From assembly GCA_016713885.1 (NCBI GenBank), contig JADJOF010000007.1:175206-239205 (forward strand): a stretch of 64,000 nucleotides of DNA, in the 5' to 3' direction. The position numbers and the translations under genes were made by a program. This DNA is from Bdellovibrionales bacterium. GTDB lineage: Bacteria; Bdellovibrionota; Bdellovibrionia; Bdellovibrionales; JAMPXM01. Under the pieces are notes generated by a model. It worked only from the letters and a program-made list of their open reading frames with translations. It was not told the DNA's origin and ran no database searches. Within the stretch, counting starts at the first letter, position 1. The number at the start of each line of letters is the position of its first letter. Shown here in pieces: positions 1 through 9,609 of this stretch.

Positions 1-2
1 GC

Positions 3-346
3 GGCATCTGGTCGACGCCGGCTCTCGATATAAAACGCGGACAAGTCATCGTCACCACTCACACTGGCGATCTTCTCGCTGTTGATCAAATGACGGGAAA
101 AGAAGTCTTCCGTAAAACTCTTGGTCATCACGAGTGGTCGTCACCCGTCATCGTCGACGATCACTTGCTCGTCGGTCGCTGTGCAAAAGGCGGATTTGAA
201 ATGTTTAACTTAAATCAGCGCGAAAACCCGAGCTACTCTGGAGTCACTCAAAACCAAGCGCCTGTGTTGAGTCAACTCCGGCTGTCTGGCGCGGGCGCAT
301 TTACGTCGGCTCCCGCGATGGGTACTTCTACGCCTTTGGCGACTAA
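3..346 (+). pseudogene. PQQ-like beta-propeller repeat protein, C-terminal part (5' end outside window), apparent frameshift
   Basis: Frame 3 reads GIWSTPALD..GDLLAVDQMTGKEVF..SSPVIVDDHLLVG. The canonical last blade ELLWSHS..VESTPAVWRGRIYVGSRDGYFYAFGD* is in frame 2 (209-346). The switch is at the A4C3 run 223-229. Confidence 0.55.
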
Positions 347-1888
347 GCGGCTCGCAAAGCGCTCGGCCAGTGCTGCGATCGTCAGACTGGGATTTACCCC
401 CAAATTTGACGGGATAACGCTGCCATCACACACGTATAGACCTCGATAGCCATGAACTTCGTGATCAGCATTTACGACACTGGTTCGTTCGTCGTCGCCT
501 AGCACACATCCACCAAGAATATGTGCCGTCGTCGGAGCCGCGAGTAAAACCTCAGGACTCACATTTTGAGGAACCCCATTTATCTGCTGCGCCAAGAAAA
601 CTGCCGCCTTTTGCGCTAGCGGCAAGTAGCTAGGAAGCGAATTCGCCGATACCCGCTTCAGTCGCCAGCCAAAAAATCCGCGTCTCCACGCGAGATCGAT
701 TTTTTCATCAAGACTCTGCATCACGAGAAGAATCACGCTGTTCCGCGCCCAGTCGCCAAAAGCGACTAGTTTCAAAAAATCGACCGGTTTTTTAAAAATC
801 TCAATCGCCAGTCGAAGTGGCCTCAAGAGTCGCCCACCCGATCCAGTGAGCGGCACCGCAAGCAAGCGCATCGCATTGCTCCCACTGGGATACTTAACGG
901 CCTCAACTTTAGTGACGTGGTCTGGATGAAGAGCCGCACCAATCGCGACCCCCTTCGAGTAATCAATATCTCGCCTGCGGCTTGTCGCACCGACAAGACT
1001 CTCACCGTTCGTTCGCACCTGCGCTCCGAGCGCATCCGAAAGCCGAGGCAAAAAGCCAAGCTGTTTCATCTTTGATAGCAGTGTTAATGATCCCGTGACG
1101 CCGGCCGAGACGATGACCTTGTCCGCTTGAATCCACTCCGACTTTGCAAAAATCGACCGTGTTCTTCGCAGACGAATTCGATAACCTTGTCCCACTGTCT
1201 CCGGCAATAGCCGATCGACCTTGCATTCGGAACGGATAACAGCACCCTTTTTTTCAGCGAACCAAAGATAGTTCTTAACAAGCGTATTTTTAGCACCCAC
1301 ACGACAACCCACCATACAGGCGCCGCAGGCATTGCACGGATCCCTGAGCGGCCCCGCGCCCTCAAAATAGGGATCGACAGCAGATCGCTCGCCAAAATAG
1401 ACACCGACGTCGGTTGCATGAAACGTCTCTGCACAGCCAAGCTTCTCCCCCAGCTTCTGCAGCTCTCGTTCCGCCGCACCGAAAATCGGATTCTGCGTTA
1501 CCCCTAGCATCTGCTTGGCCTTCAAAAAATACGGCGCAAGTTCGATCTCCCAATCGATCGACCGAGGCCATGCGCCCGACTGGAAAGCCGCCGATCTCGG
1601 CTGCATCAAAGTGTTCGCGTAGATTAGACTTCCGCCCCCAACACCCTTGCCATGCAAAAGCCACAAGCCGCTCAGTGGCGTGATGGCTTGAACACCAAAA
1701 CACCGAAGCCAAGGCGCCCAAAGATACCGGCGCAAATTCCAATTGGTCTTTGCAAAATCCTCGTCGCGAAATCTGAGGCCCTCTTCGAGCACAACGACGC
1801 GATAGCCCGCCTCCGCCAATCGCATCGCAGCGACCGACCCGCCAAAGCCACTGCCAATAATCGCGAAGTCAACGGCATGATCGTTCAT
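272..1888 (-). CDS. GMC-family FAD-dependent oxidoreductase (cholesterol-oxidase-like)
   Basis: 538 aa. N-terminal FAD Rossmann motif DFAIIGSGFGGSVAA..VVVLEEG. C-terminal GMC-type region HEVHGYRGLYVCDGSVIPSNLGVNPSLTIAALAER. Confidence 0.8.
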   Translation of the reverse strand: MNDHAVDFAIIGSGFGGSVAAMRLAEAGYRVVVLEEGLRFRDEDFAKTNWNLRRYLWAPWLRCFGVQAITPLSGLWLLHGKGVGGGSLIYANTLMQPRSAAFQSGAWPRSIDWEIELAPYFLKAKQMLGVTQNPIFGAAERELQKLGEKLGCAETFHATDVGVYFGERSAVDPYFEGAGPLRDPCNACGACMVGCRVGAKNTLVKNYLWFAEKKGAVIRSECKVDRLLPETVGQGYRIRLRRTRSIFAKSEWIQADKVIVSAGVTGSLTLLSKMKQLGFLPRLSDALGAQVRTNGESLVGATSRRRDIDYSKGVAIGAALHPDHVTKVEAVKYPSGSNAMRLLAVPLTGSGGRLLRPLRLAIEIFKKPVDFLKLVAFGDWARNSVILLVMQSLDEKIDLAWRRGFFGWRLKRVSANSLPSYLPLAQKAAVFLAQQINGVPQNVSPEVLLAAPTTAHILGGCVLGDDERTSVVNADHEVHGYRGLYVCDGSVIPSNLGVNPSLTIAALAERFASRLVAKGVEVPIAGADVNAPAPDSRS

Positions 1889-1899
1889 CTTGACGCGAA

Positions 1900-4800
1900 C
1901 TACGGCCGATAGACCGGCGCCAGAACTTCAGCCTGGCCGTCAGTGCCCAAGCCTCCGAACACACTCTGACCATCGGGATAAAGCATGAGGAGTCGCCCCT
2001 GATCGCCCCCTTTTACGAACGATACCGTCTTCGACTCACCGGCCTTGAGCGCAATGGACTCCGGCAGACCGACAAAAGAAGCACCCGAATCTTTGACATT
2101 CAACAATGCCCAATGCTTTGGATTCGTTGAAAAGAAGTCATCCGGCTCAATCGCCGATCCCGTCTGCGCGCTGGTTGCAATGCGAACCGAAAGTCCCGAG
2201 TTGGATCGAAGCCGAACAGAAGCCAGTGGCACTTCAACAATTGCGATCGATGAGTGCTCAAACGCCTGCATGGGCTGCAAGTCAACAATCGCAGACTTGA
2301 AGTCCAAAACCGGGGCCTTCTCTTCAGGCTTTCGCGGAGTCATCACAGCAACATCGTACTCTTTACGAAGACGCTTGGCCTCGTTCACGTCGAGTAACAT
2401 ACTGGCGTACGTTTTTGCAGTGAGTCCCTCTAAGTGATCTTGCTTTGCTCCAACCAGCTCCTGGTCTGCGAGCTTATCGCCATCGGCATCAATCAAAACC
2501 GAAATTTCACAAAGATCCCACGTCGTCATCGGCTCAAAGAGTTTGGCCGCAATTTGAAGCGTCGGAACTCCGGCCTTATCGATCACACGATACCCAGTCT
2601 CTGCCAAATCGCAGATAGTCGTCTGGAACTGATCAATCGTCGGATTGGCCTTTCGGCCGTCACGCGCGATAAAGTTAAACGGTAGCGCCAGTCCGTCATG
2701 ACGACTTTTGTTTTTCAATTTCAAATCAACGACCGCACCCTGACTATCAAGGCTCGACGTCGAACGCACCGCCAACTCCTCAGCACTGATACGCGATACC
2801 GAACGCACAACACTCAGAACCGGCACTCGCGCAAGCTCAGCCCCATTCGCATCAGTCAACACGACAAGTCCACCGACTTCACCAAAAGCTTCAATCTCAA
2901 AACGCAAAGAGACCCGTTGCTCGGAGTTCGCCTGCAGCTCTAGACCCTTCTGCGAAGCAAGCTTCAGCCCCACTGCGGCCTCACGAAGTTCGACGTGAAC
3001 TGAAACCGGATGCGGCGACTTGTTTTTTATAACGAGCTCACGCTGCATCGACCTTTTACTTTCAAGACCCATCACACCAAGCGAGATCGCCGATGGCTCT
3101 GTCAACAGTGTCTGCGCCAATGCTTTTTCAATCTGCACGCGACCGGCCCCTTGCCGGCTCAGGCTATAGGGCTTCTTTTCAGCGTCTTTAAGACTCCTGG
3201 CTGTCGACATCACAAGCGACTTGAGCTCAGCGGAAGTCAGACCTGGATTCTGCTGCTTGAGAAGTGCCATCACACCTGTCATGTGGGGCGCCGCCATCGA
3301 TGTCCCAGACATTTCAGTACCCGCAGCACCTCCGCCCATTTTTGCAGAAATGATCTTGGCTCCTGGGGCCGAAATCTCAGGTTTTAAAAGAGCATCAATC
3401 GACCGAGGGCCTCGCGAAGAGAAACTTGTGATCGTATCGATCAGTTCTGGCTTTTCAATCTTCTTCGTCGTCGTCAAATCAGCACGGACGGTTCCTTGAC
3501 CGAGCGCCGCCTTCAATTTGATACCCAGCACCTTACTGATCATGACTCCAGGAATTCCAAACTTTTCTCCGTCACCACCACCCATGACAAATGGCGCATC
3601 ATCTTGGCTATTGACAACAACAACGGCGATAGCGCCAGCCGCCTCACTGCGACGAATCTTATCCGCAAACGACACGCCCCCGCGATCAATGAGCGCAATA
3701 TGACCACTCAACGCAGCCGCCGTCTCAGGGGCAAAGTCTTGATCCGCTAGACCTGCGTAAAAGAGCTCTCCGACAAGACTTTGGATTTCACTGAGTGGCT
3801 TCGTGATCGCACCCTCGATCGCTTCGGTGTAAATTTCTGGATCATCAACCGTAGTGAACTTTGCCGCTCGAAACTTCCAGTTCTGATCCATATCATCAAC
3901 CGATGCCGCAACCGAAATCGCGTCGTCAGCAACCCCCGGAGATCCAACGATATACGGTGTATCTCCGCTATTTCCTCCGGAACAAACAACTACGGTTCCA
4001 GATCGAGAAAGGTTCTGAATCGCTTCCGTATAGAGGATGTGTCCATCGCCATATCCCGATCCGAGCGAAAGGTTCACGACATCAAGTCGATCCGAGGTAT
4101 CACCATCGCCATTCGGGTCTGCGGCGTACTCCATCGCGGCAACGACAACGGAATCATTTGTCGAACCATCAGCGCCAAACACTTTCAAAGCATAGAGGCT
4201 CGCATCTGGCGCCACGCCGTCATAGGTGCTCACGCCATCGCCACGCCCCGCAACAGTGCCCGCCACATGCGTGCCGTGCCCACCCTCATCAAGGGGATTC
4301 CCATCGACAATGGGAAGTCGTTTATTGAAGTCGACCGCCCCCGAGTCGTACTCGGTGCCGACGAAATCTAGCCCACCGACGACTTTTACCGACGGGAACA
4401 GTGTCGTTGCCTCGCCAGGTTTAATGTCTTTGTAGGCCTGCTCGGTTCCAACACCGCCAAACATTGAGTGCGTGTAGTCAATGCCACTATCAATGATTCC
4501 AATGCGCATTCCTTGACCGCGAACACCGCGCGCATGCGCCGCTTCGCCGCCAATAAACTTCACCGAGTTTCGCTCTTGGATCGCGCTTGCCAAAATCGAT
4601 TTATTTGTGACTTCAACCGCTGGTCGCGAGAAGAGACCCGCACTCTCCAGATGCGAGACCCCACCGATCGCACCGATCTTTTCCTCAAGAGCCACCGGCG
4701 CCACGATCGCAAAACCGTTCAGAACCAAGCGGTAGCGGTAGACGACTTTGATATCCGCCGACAACTCCGTCAGCGATTTCAAAACCAGATCCTGCTCAAC

Positions 4801-5052
4801 TGTGAGAGCCTGAATTTCATCAGCCGTCGGCTTTGTCGTTACGGTGAGGAGCGGCGCTGTTTTTAACTTCACCAGATAGAAGCCATGCGTTCCTGGCTCG
4901 GGGCGCGTGCTGAATATTCCCGTGTATCCTGGAGCGAGTTCATACGCTCTGGGCTCCGAGGATGTGTTTCCAAAAAAGGAACAACCCGCAGTCGTCAATA
5001 TCAACAATGCCTGGAGCCCGAGAACCAGAATTACATTTTTCGAAACGTGCAT
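1900..5052 (-). CDS. Subtilisin-like S8 serine peptidase, predicted lipoprotein, with PA-type insert
   Basis: 1050 aa. Lipobox LTTAGC. Catalytic triad motifs IGIIDSGID, GHGTHVAGTVAG and SGTSMAAPHMTGVMALL. Confidence 0.9.
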   Translation of the reverse strand: MHVSKNVILVLGLQALLILTTAGCSFFGNTSSEPRAYELAPGYTGIFSTRPEPGTHGFYLVKLKTAPLLTVTTKPTADEIQALTVEQDLVLKSLTELSADIKVVYRYRLVLNGFAIVAPVALEEKIGAIGGVSHLESAGLFSRPAVEVTNKSILASAIQERNSVKFIGGEAAHARGVRGQGMRIGIIDSGIDYTHSMFGGVGTEQAYKDIKPGEATTLFPSVKVVGGLDFVGTEYDSGAVDFNKRLPIVDGNPLDEGGHGTHVAGTVAGRGDGVSTYDGVAPDASLYALKVFGADGSTNDSVVVAAMEYAADPNGDGDTSDRLDVVNLSLGSGYGDGHILYTEAIQNLSRSGTVVVCSGGNSGDTPYIVGSPGVADDAISVAASVDDMDQNWKFRAAKFTTVDDPEIYTEAIEGAITKPLSEIQSLVGELFYAGLADQDFAPETAAALSGHIALIDRGGVSFADKIRRSEAAGAIAVVVVNSQDDAPFVMGGGDGEKFGIPGVMISKVLGIKLKAALGQGTVRADLTTTKKIEKPELIDTITSFSSRGPRSIDALLKPEISAPGAKIISAKMGGGAAGTEMSGTSMAAPHMTGVMALLKQQNPGLTSAELKSLVMSTARSLKDAEKKPYSLSRQGAGRVQIEKALAQTLLTEPSAISLGVMGLESKRSMQRELVIKNKSPHPVSVHVELREAAVGLKLASQKGLELQANSEQRVSLRFEIEAFGEVGGLVVLTDANGAELARVPVLSVVRSVSRISAEELAVRSTSSLDSQGAVVDLKLKNKSRHDGLALPFNFIARDGRKANPTIDQFQTTICDLAETGYRVIDKAGVPTLQIAAKLFEPMTTWDLCEISVLIDADGDKLADQELVGAKQDHLEGLTAKTYASMLLDVNEAKRLRKEYDVAVMTPRKPEEKAPVLDFKSAIVDLQPMQAFEHSSIAIVEVPLASVRLRSNSGLSVRIATSAQTGSAIEPDDFFSTNPKHWALLNVKDSGASFVGLPESIALKAGESKTVSFVKGGDQGRLLMLYPDGQSVFGGLGTDGQAEVLAPVYRP

Positions 5053-5236
5053 GATTTCCCCCTCGAAAGACCAACACCGCGCCTTGTTGAATCACGACTG
5101 ACGCCGCAATTCCAGGAACAAAATCATCCGATCTTTTTCGACAGGATTTGGGATTCAACGGGGCTTGGGCTAAGGTGACACCAGTTCCGCGGCGCAACGT
5201 CTCACTACCAGCGCCGATTCAAGAAGGAGGGCTCCC

Positions 5237-5677
5237 ATGCAGGTCATTTTGCTCCCAGTTCTTATGACATTGACGATGTCAGCGGCATCAGCGGCAACAA
5301 CCTCGGCACTTGCTAGCCAAACACCCCAATTGCAACCCGGCCTTTGGGAAACCAAGGCTGAAATGACACTGAATGGTATCGACCTTCCAGCCATGGACGA
5401 CAGTGATTGTGTTTCAGAAAAGTCGGCAAAGGATGCGCGGCGTTACGTCACTCGGTACCTTGAGGCCAATGATTGCCAAGTGACGGCATGGACCTACAAC
5501 GCCCCAGCGCTCAGTATCGGCGTTCGCTGCGACAACAATTTCGGCAAGGGATCGGGTCTATTAAAGGGAACGCTCACACTCAGTCAGTTTAAGATGAAAG
5601 GTGTGATCAAGACTTCGACGGACATGGAGTTTGGTCTCGACTTTAGCGGCCGCTACACGCGGACCTGCAAAAAATAG
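5237..5677 (+). CDS. Secreted protein of unknown function (possibly DUF3617-like)
   Basis: 146 aa. N-terminal signal peptide ending SAASAAT. AAGGAGG Shine-Dalgarno upstream. PGLWE motif early in the mature part. Confidence 0.5.
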   Translation: MQVILLPVLMTLTMSAASAATTSALASQTPQLQPGLWETKAEMTLNGIDLPAMDDSDCVSEKSAKDARRYVTRYLEANDCQVTAWTYNAPALSIGVRCDNNFGKGSGLLKGTLTLSQFKMKGVIKTSTDMEFGLDFSGRYTRTCKK

Positions 5678-5716
5678 CGTTTGCGAGCCCCAAACAGCAT
5701 CATTGTGCGACTCGCC

Positions 5717-6298
5717 TCACGACCATCGATCCAACGTCAACCACGGCCTTGGCGGCCCCAGATCGCCGTACTGGATCGCACGCGCTTCCTCCCGCGAAAC
5801 TCCCCACACCCCGCCTTCAATTTCGTTGAGATCGACGTAACGCCACACGCTCACGAACGCTCTTCCACTGGCGGCGACGAGCCTTGTCCACGGGCGCTGT
5901 AGCCAAAAACTCTCTGTTCTCGTCTGTCCCTCTTCCATCTTCACTAAAAGCGCAATCGCGCCGCTCACTGCTCTTAGGAAATTTTGAAAGCGCTCTTGCT
6001 CTCGACACTCGACGAGAAAATGCAGGTGATTGCCGGCATTCGCGAAGCGGTGAACGTGAACAAACTGGCGCTTCGCGTGTGCGGTAACCAACTGGGCGAC
6101 TCGCTTTCGTCGCCCACGCTTTAGAAGCGAAAATGCGCTGCGTGTCCGCATCACGACATGAATGGCAGCCCGTGGCGAGAAGGGCCGCTTTGTCTTTGCG
6201 TTCGACTTTTTGAGGAGATCGCCGCCAAAGGCCGTCGAGCCGAGCTCATTTGTCGAGAGCAGGCGCTGCTGTTTTGGCTTTCTATGGCCCAGATGCAA
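5717..6298 (-). CDS. Y1 (IS200/REP-associated RayT-like) tyrosine-transposase-like protein
   Basis: Motifs KRPFSPRAAIHVVMRT and FANAGNHLHFLVE (HxH-type Y1 core). The track ORF extends to 6388, but residues encoded by 6309-6388 lie inside the IS30 left end. The native start is possibly the TTG at 6298. Confidence 0.5.
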   Translation of the reverse strand: MHLGHRKPKQQRLLSTNELGSTAFGGDLLKKSNAKTKRPFSPRAAIHVVMRTRSAFSLLKRGRRKRVAQLVTAHAKRQFVHVHRFANAGNHLHFLVECREQERFQNFLRAVSGAIALLVKMEEGQTRTESFWLQRPWTRLVAASGRAFVSVWRYVDLNEIEGGVWGVSREEARAIQYGDLGPPRPWLTLDRWS

Positions 6299-6308
6299 CT
6301 TTGCCAGT

Positions 6309-7500
6309 GCGACAATTAGTTGAGTGAACCGCCTGTCTTCTTTCAGACTTCTTCTTGCGTAAAAATGAAGGGAGTTTGAGGTGCACATGCACAGAAGTTA
6401 CAGACGGCTCACTCGTGCTGATCGTTATCAAATGGAGAGGTTTTTAGCGAGGGGAAAAACCAAAGATTGGATTGCCCTCGAGATGGGGTTCCACCGGTCG
6501 ACAATTTACAGAGAGTTTGGTCGTGGCAAAGTTGTTAAAAGCACTACGACGAACGTTACGCCGCTTGGAGCATATTCGGCCTACAAAGCTGACTGCGATT
6601 GGAAGTCCAAAACATATCACCGTCGGGATTGTTTGTTTCGCGGATACAAAATTAAGGGCTGGGTTGAGGATCAGATTCGCATCAAGCTCTCGATGGGCTG
6701 GAGCCCGGAGCAGATTTCTGAGCGATTTTCGCTAGAGAAAAACCTCTCCATTAGCCATGAAGCCATCTACAAGTTCATTTCATCTTGCCAGAAAAAGGGC
6801 GAGACGCTTCATCACTATCTTCGACACTTTGGGCGAAGAAAACGACGTTTTAAACGCCGCAGTCGATACTGGGAACTTCAGCATCAACGTCGGAAGTCGA
6901 TTGAGGCACGGCCGAAAGAGGCAAATCAGAGAACTGAAGCGGGACACTTTGAAAGAGATCTGATGCTCGGTCTTCGCGGAACTGGCGCGGTTCTTACTAT
7001 TGTCGACCGTAAAACTCGCTACACGCTACTATCGAAAGTTGAGACGACGCATGCAGAAGTCGTGAACAGCGCAACGGCCGCAGCATGCGTTCACTCAAGA
7101 GCAAAAATTCGCACAATGACCAACGACAACGGCCATGAGTTCGGCGAGTTTTGGAAGTTGGAAGCGAATATGAAAGCACCAGTTTATTTCACACATCCAC
7201 TCTGTCCCTGGGAACGCGGAACAGTTGAAAATACGATTGGACTACTTCGGCAGTATTTGCCTAAGAGGACAGATCTCAGAACTATCGACGAGGAGACGCT
7301 CCAGGCCTGCCAGGACGCTCTCAATTCGCGGCCGCGAAAGTCGCTCGGATATCTAACGCCCGATGAAGCAAGGACCGGAAAGCGTCGAAAACTCATTACG
7401 TAAAAACGTATTGAAAATCCGAAACCTGAGTATTACGAGAAATATTATATGAACGAAGAAGAGATTAAGACTTGGCGATTTTCATAGCTAAACTTGTCGC
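6309..7500 (+). mobile_element. IS30-family insertion sequence (about 1.19 kb)
   Basis: Imperfect terminal inverted repeats: GCGACAATTAGTTGAGTGAA at 6309-6328, versus the reverse complement of 7481-7500, GCGACAAGTTTAGCTATGAA. They enclose the single IS30 transposase ORF. No target duplication could be called. Confidence 0.65.
6381..7403 (+). CDS. IS30-family DDE transposase
   Basis: 340 aa. N-terminal HTH (LTRADRYQMERFLARGKT..STIYREFGRG). DDE region with TNDNGHEF and PWERGTVENTIGLLRQYLPKRTDL. Confidence 0.9.
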   Translation: MHMHRSYRRLTRADRYQMERFLARGKTKDWIALEMGFHRSTIYREFGRGKVVKSTTTNVTPLGAYSAYKADCDWKSKTYHRRDCLFRGYKIKGWVEDQIRIKLSMGWSPEQISERFSLEKNLSISHEAIYKFISSCQKKGETLHHYLRHFGRRKRRFKRRSRYWELQHQRRKSIEARPKEANQRTEAGHFERDLMLGLRGTGAVLTIVDRKTRYTLLSKVETTHAEVVNSATAAACVHSRAKIRTMTNDNGHEFGEFWKLEANMKAPVYFTHPLCPWERGTVENTIGLLRQYLPKRTDLRTIDEETLQACQDALNSRPRKSLGYLTPDEARTGKRRKLIT

Positions 7501-7713
7501 GCTGGCCGGTTGAATTCGGCTTTTGCGCATTGGTAGCGATGGTTTACTTCCTGTCAAAGATGACGTCAAGAAGAACTGATTTGATTGATGATCTGTGGTC
7601 CAAATGCACGATATGGCCCACGATAGGCCGAGGTTTTGTCTTTTCTCTGAAGTCTTGCCCTGTAGCCGCCAGACGACGCCAAACCTCAAACAAAGCGTGT
7701 GCGCTCGCTCGAT

Positions 7714-9066
7714 TTAAAATTCAACGGTCTCAAGAAGGTCAGGAACACGAGCGCGCCAACCGAGCGTCGACTCGATGCGAAGCCGTAGCGCATCCGACGC
7801 CGGAAGCTCGCCATGAGTCACAAAGACTTGCTTTGGCATCTTCAGTCGCTTGAGCCACTGCATGATCTCATCGGAATCGGCATGCGCCGACAGCGATTCA
7901 AGATTCACGACCTCAGCCCGAACCGGCCACATTTGACCATGGATCTTGATCTCTTCAGAACCGCGAACCATGAGATCACCGCGCGTTCCACCAACCTGAA
8001 AGCCAGCAAAGACGACCGAGTTTCGCGGATCTCCCGCGAAGGCTTTGAGGTGATGGAGAATTCGCCCGCCCGTTGCCATCCCACTTGCCGCAACTACAAT
8101 CATCGGACTTGTCAGCTCGTTGATATGAATCGACTCTTCTTGGGTTTTAACAACGCGGGCCGTGCCACAGACAGCACGGGCCTCGACAAGAGATAGTCGT
8201 GTTTCGCGAGCATGCTTCATAAAGACATCATTCACTTTAGATGCCATCGGGCTATTGAGATACACTGGAACATCGGCAATCTCGCCGCGCTCTTTCAATT
8301 GGTGAATATAATAAAGAAGCAATTGCGCGCGTCCGACAGCAAATGATGGGATCAAAACAATACTACCGCGTTCGACAGTGCGATTGATGACATCGCGCAA
8401 CTCATCGAGTGGCTCAACAAGCGCATGGCGTTTATTGCCGTAGGTCGATTCCACAACCACGATATCAGCCGACTCCGGCGCCTCTGGCGCACGCATAACC
8501 GCATCATTCACACGGCCAAGATCGCCAGAAAAAAGAATCGAATCATTCTGGTATTGAAGCCGCACACTCGATGCACCCAAGATGTGACCGGCGGGAGTGA
8601 ACGTGATCTCAAGACCACTCTCTAAGCGAAAAGGCTTTCGCACGTCGACTGCGCGAAAGCGCTCAAGAGATTTTACCGCATCATCTTCTGTATAAAGTGG
8701 GAGTGCAGGCTTGTGTTTCGAAAATCGTTTGCGATTGGCGTAGGCTGCTTCCTCTTCCTGCAAGTAGCCGGCATCGGGGAGCATAATAGCACTCAAGTCA
8801 CAGGTTGCCTGTGTCGCAAACACATCGCCTTTAAATCCATTTTTAACAAGACACGGAATGTACCCGCTGTGATCGATATGAGCGTGAGTTAGAATCACCG
8901 CATCAAGCGTACTGGGATCAACCGGAAATGGCGCCCAGTTCTTCTCTCGAAAGTTCTTATAACCTTGAAACAGCCCACAGTCGATCAGGACTCTCGACGT
9001 GCCAAACTCAACAAGGTAGCGCGACCCAGTTACAGTCTGTGTCGCGCCAAGAAACTTTATTTTCAT
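7714..9066 (-). CDS. MBL-fold metallo-hydrolase of the beta-CASP (RNA-metabolising) type
   Basis: 450 aa. MKIKFLGATQTVTGSRYLV..LIDCGLFQG. HAHIDHSGYIP metal motif. C-terminal beta-CASP-like motifs (VVESTYG.., SAHAD). Confidence 0.8.
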   Translation of the reverse strand: MKIKFLGATQTVTGSRYLVEFGTSRVLIDCGLFQGYKNFREKNWAPFPVDPSTLDAVILTHAHIDHSGYIPCLVKNGFKGDVFATQATCDLSAIMLPDAGYLQEEEAAYANRKRFSKHKPALPLYTEDDAVKSLERFRAVDVRKPFRLESGLEITFTPAGHILGASSVRLQYQNDSILFSGDLGRVNDAVMRAPEAPESADIVVVESTYGNKRHALVEPLDELRDVINRTVERGSIVLIPSFAVGRAQLLLYYIHQLKERGEIADVPVYLNSPMASKVNDVFMKHARETRLSLVEARAVCGTARVVKTQEESIHINELTSPMIVVAASGMATGGRILHHLKAFAGDPRNSVVFAGFQVGGTRGDLMVRGSEEIKIHGQMWPVRAEVVNLESLSAHADSDEIMQWLKRLKMPKQVFVTHGELPASDALRLRIESTLGWRARVPDLLETVEF

Positions 9067-9440
9067 TATCCCTCGAAAACGTTGCGATGTTTGAAGAATG
9101 CATGTGCCTTCTTCTCAATCTCGCCGTCTGTTCCCTCTTCCATTCCATCCATGCCGACAATCTTGTCGCTGACTTTCTTGATCTTATGTTCTTCAAGATA
9201 GTGTTTGAATTCGGTCTTCGCTGTGCCCGAACCAATCACATAGATCTCTTTTGCAGGCTCAAGTGCATGCGCCAAATCCTTGCCGAATTTGTGCATTGCA
9301 GTTTTCTTTTCCTGATCAGTGTGATTGGTCTTGTGGTGATGATTTTCTTCCCGCTTCATCGTCACTCGCTCAACTTTTCCCGGAACGAAAGTGAAGAGCT
9401 TTGCGTGATTGTGATCCATCCAAACTGCGACGTATGCCAT
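9066..9440 (-). CDS. Small conserved protein of the 'translational machinery protein' (eRF1-domain-like) type often paired with beta-CASP hydrolases
   Basis: Start moved to MAYVAVWMDHNHAKLFTF (AGGGGG RBS upstream). His-rich middle region. 1-nt junction with the downstream MBL gene. Confidence 0.45.
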   Translation of the reverse strand: MAYVAVWMDHNHAKLFTFVPGKVERVTMKREENHHHKTNHTDQEKKTAMHKFGKDLAHALEPAKEIYVIGSGTAKTEFKHYLEEHKIKKVSDKIVGMDGMEEGTDGEIEKKAHAFFKHRNVFEG

Positions 9441-9609
9441 TTCTAACCCCCTGAATGTGGGGCGATTTTTACCCGAACGACCCACAAAGCCAACCCCGAA
9501 TGCGGTCTTAGCCCGTAGCATAAAAACGCCGGCAGACCTTTGACCAGAGTTGTCCCAGCGATCGAGACAGAAACTCCCGCCAAGTCTGTATTTAGTCGAC
9601 TATAGACAT

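Noticed and set aside
272-346. The 75-bp convergent overlap of the GMC and PQQ genes as a regulatory antisense arrangement
   Set aside because: A nearby frame break makes the gene ends unreliable here. The 26-aa GMC tail beyond the conserved ..TIAALAER end may simply be tolerated read-through.
90-449. 119-aa plus-strand ORF
   Set aside because: It is the frame-3 continuation of the PQQ-propeller gene past an apparent frameshift. The genuine C-terminus (..RIYVGSRDGYFYAFGD*) is in frame 2 and ends at 346. The tail of this ORF is antisense to the GMC oxidoreductase.
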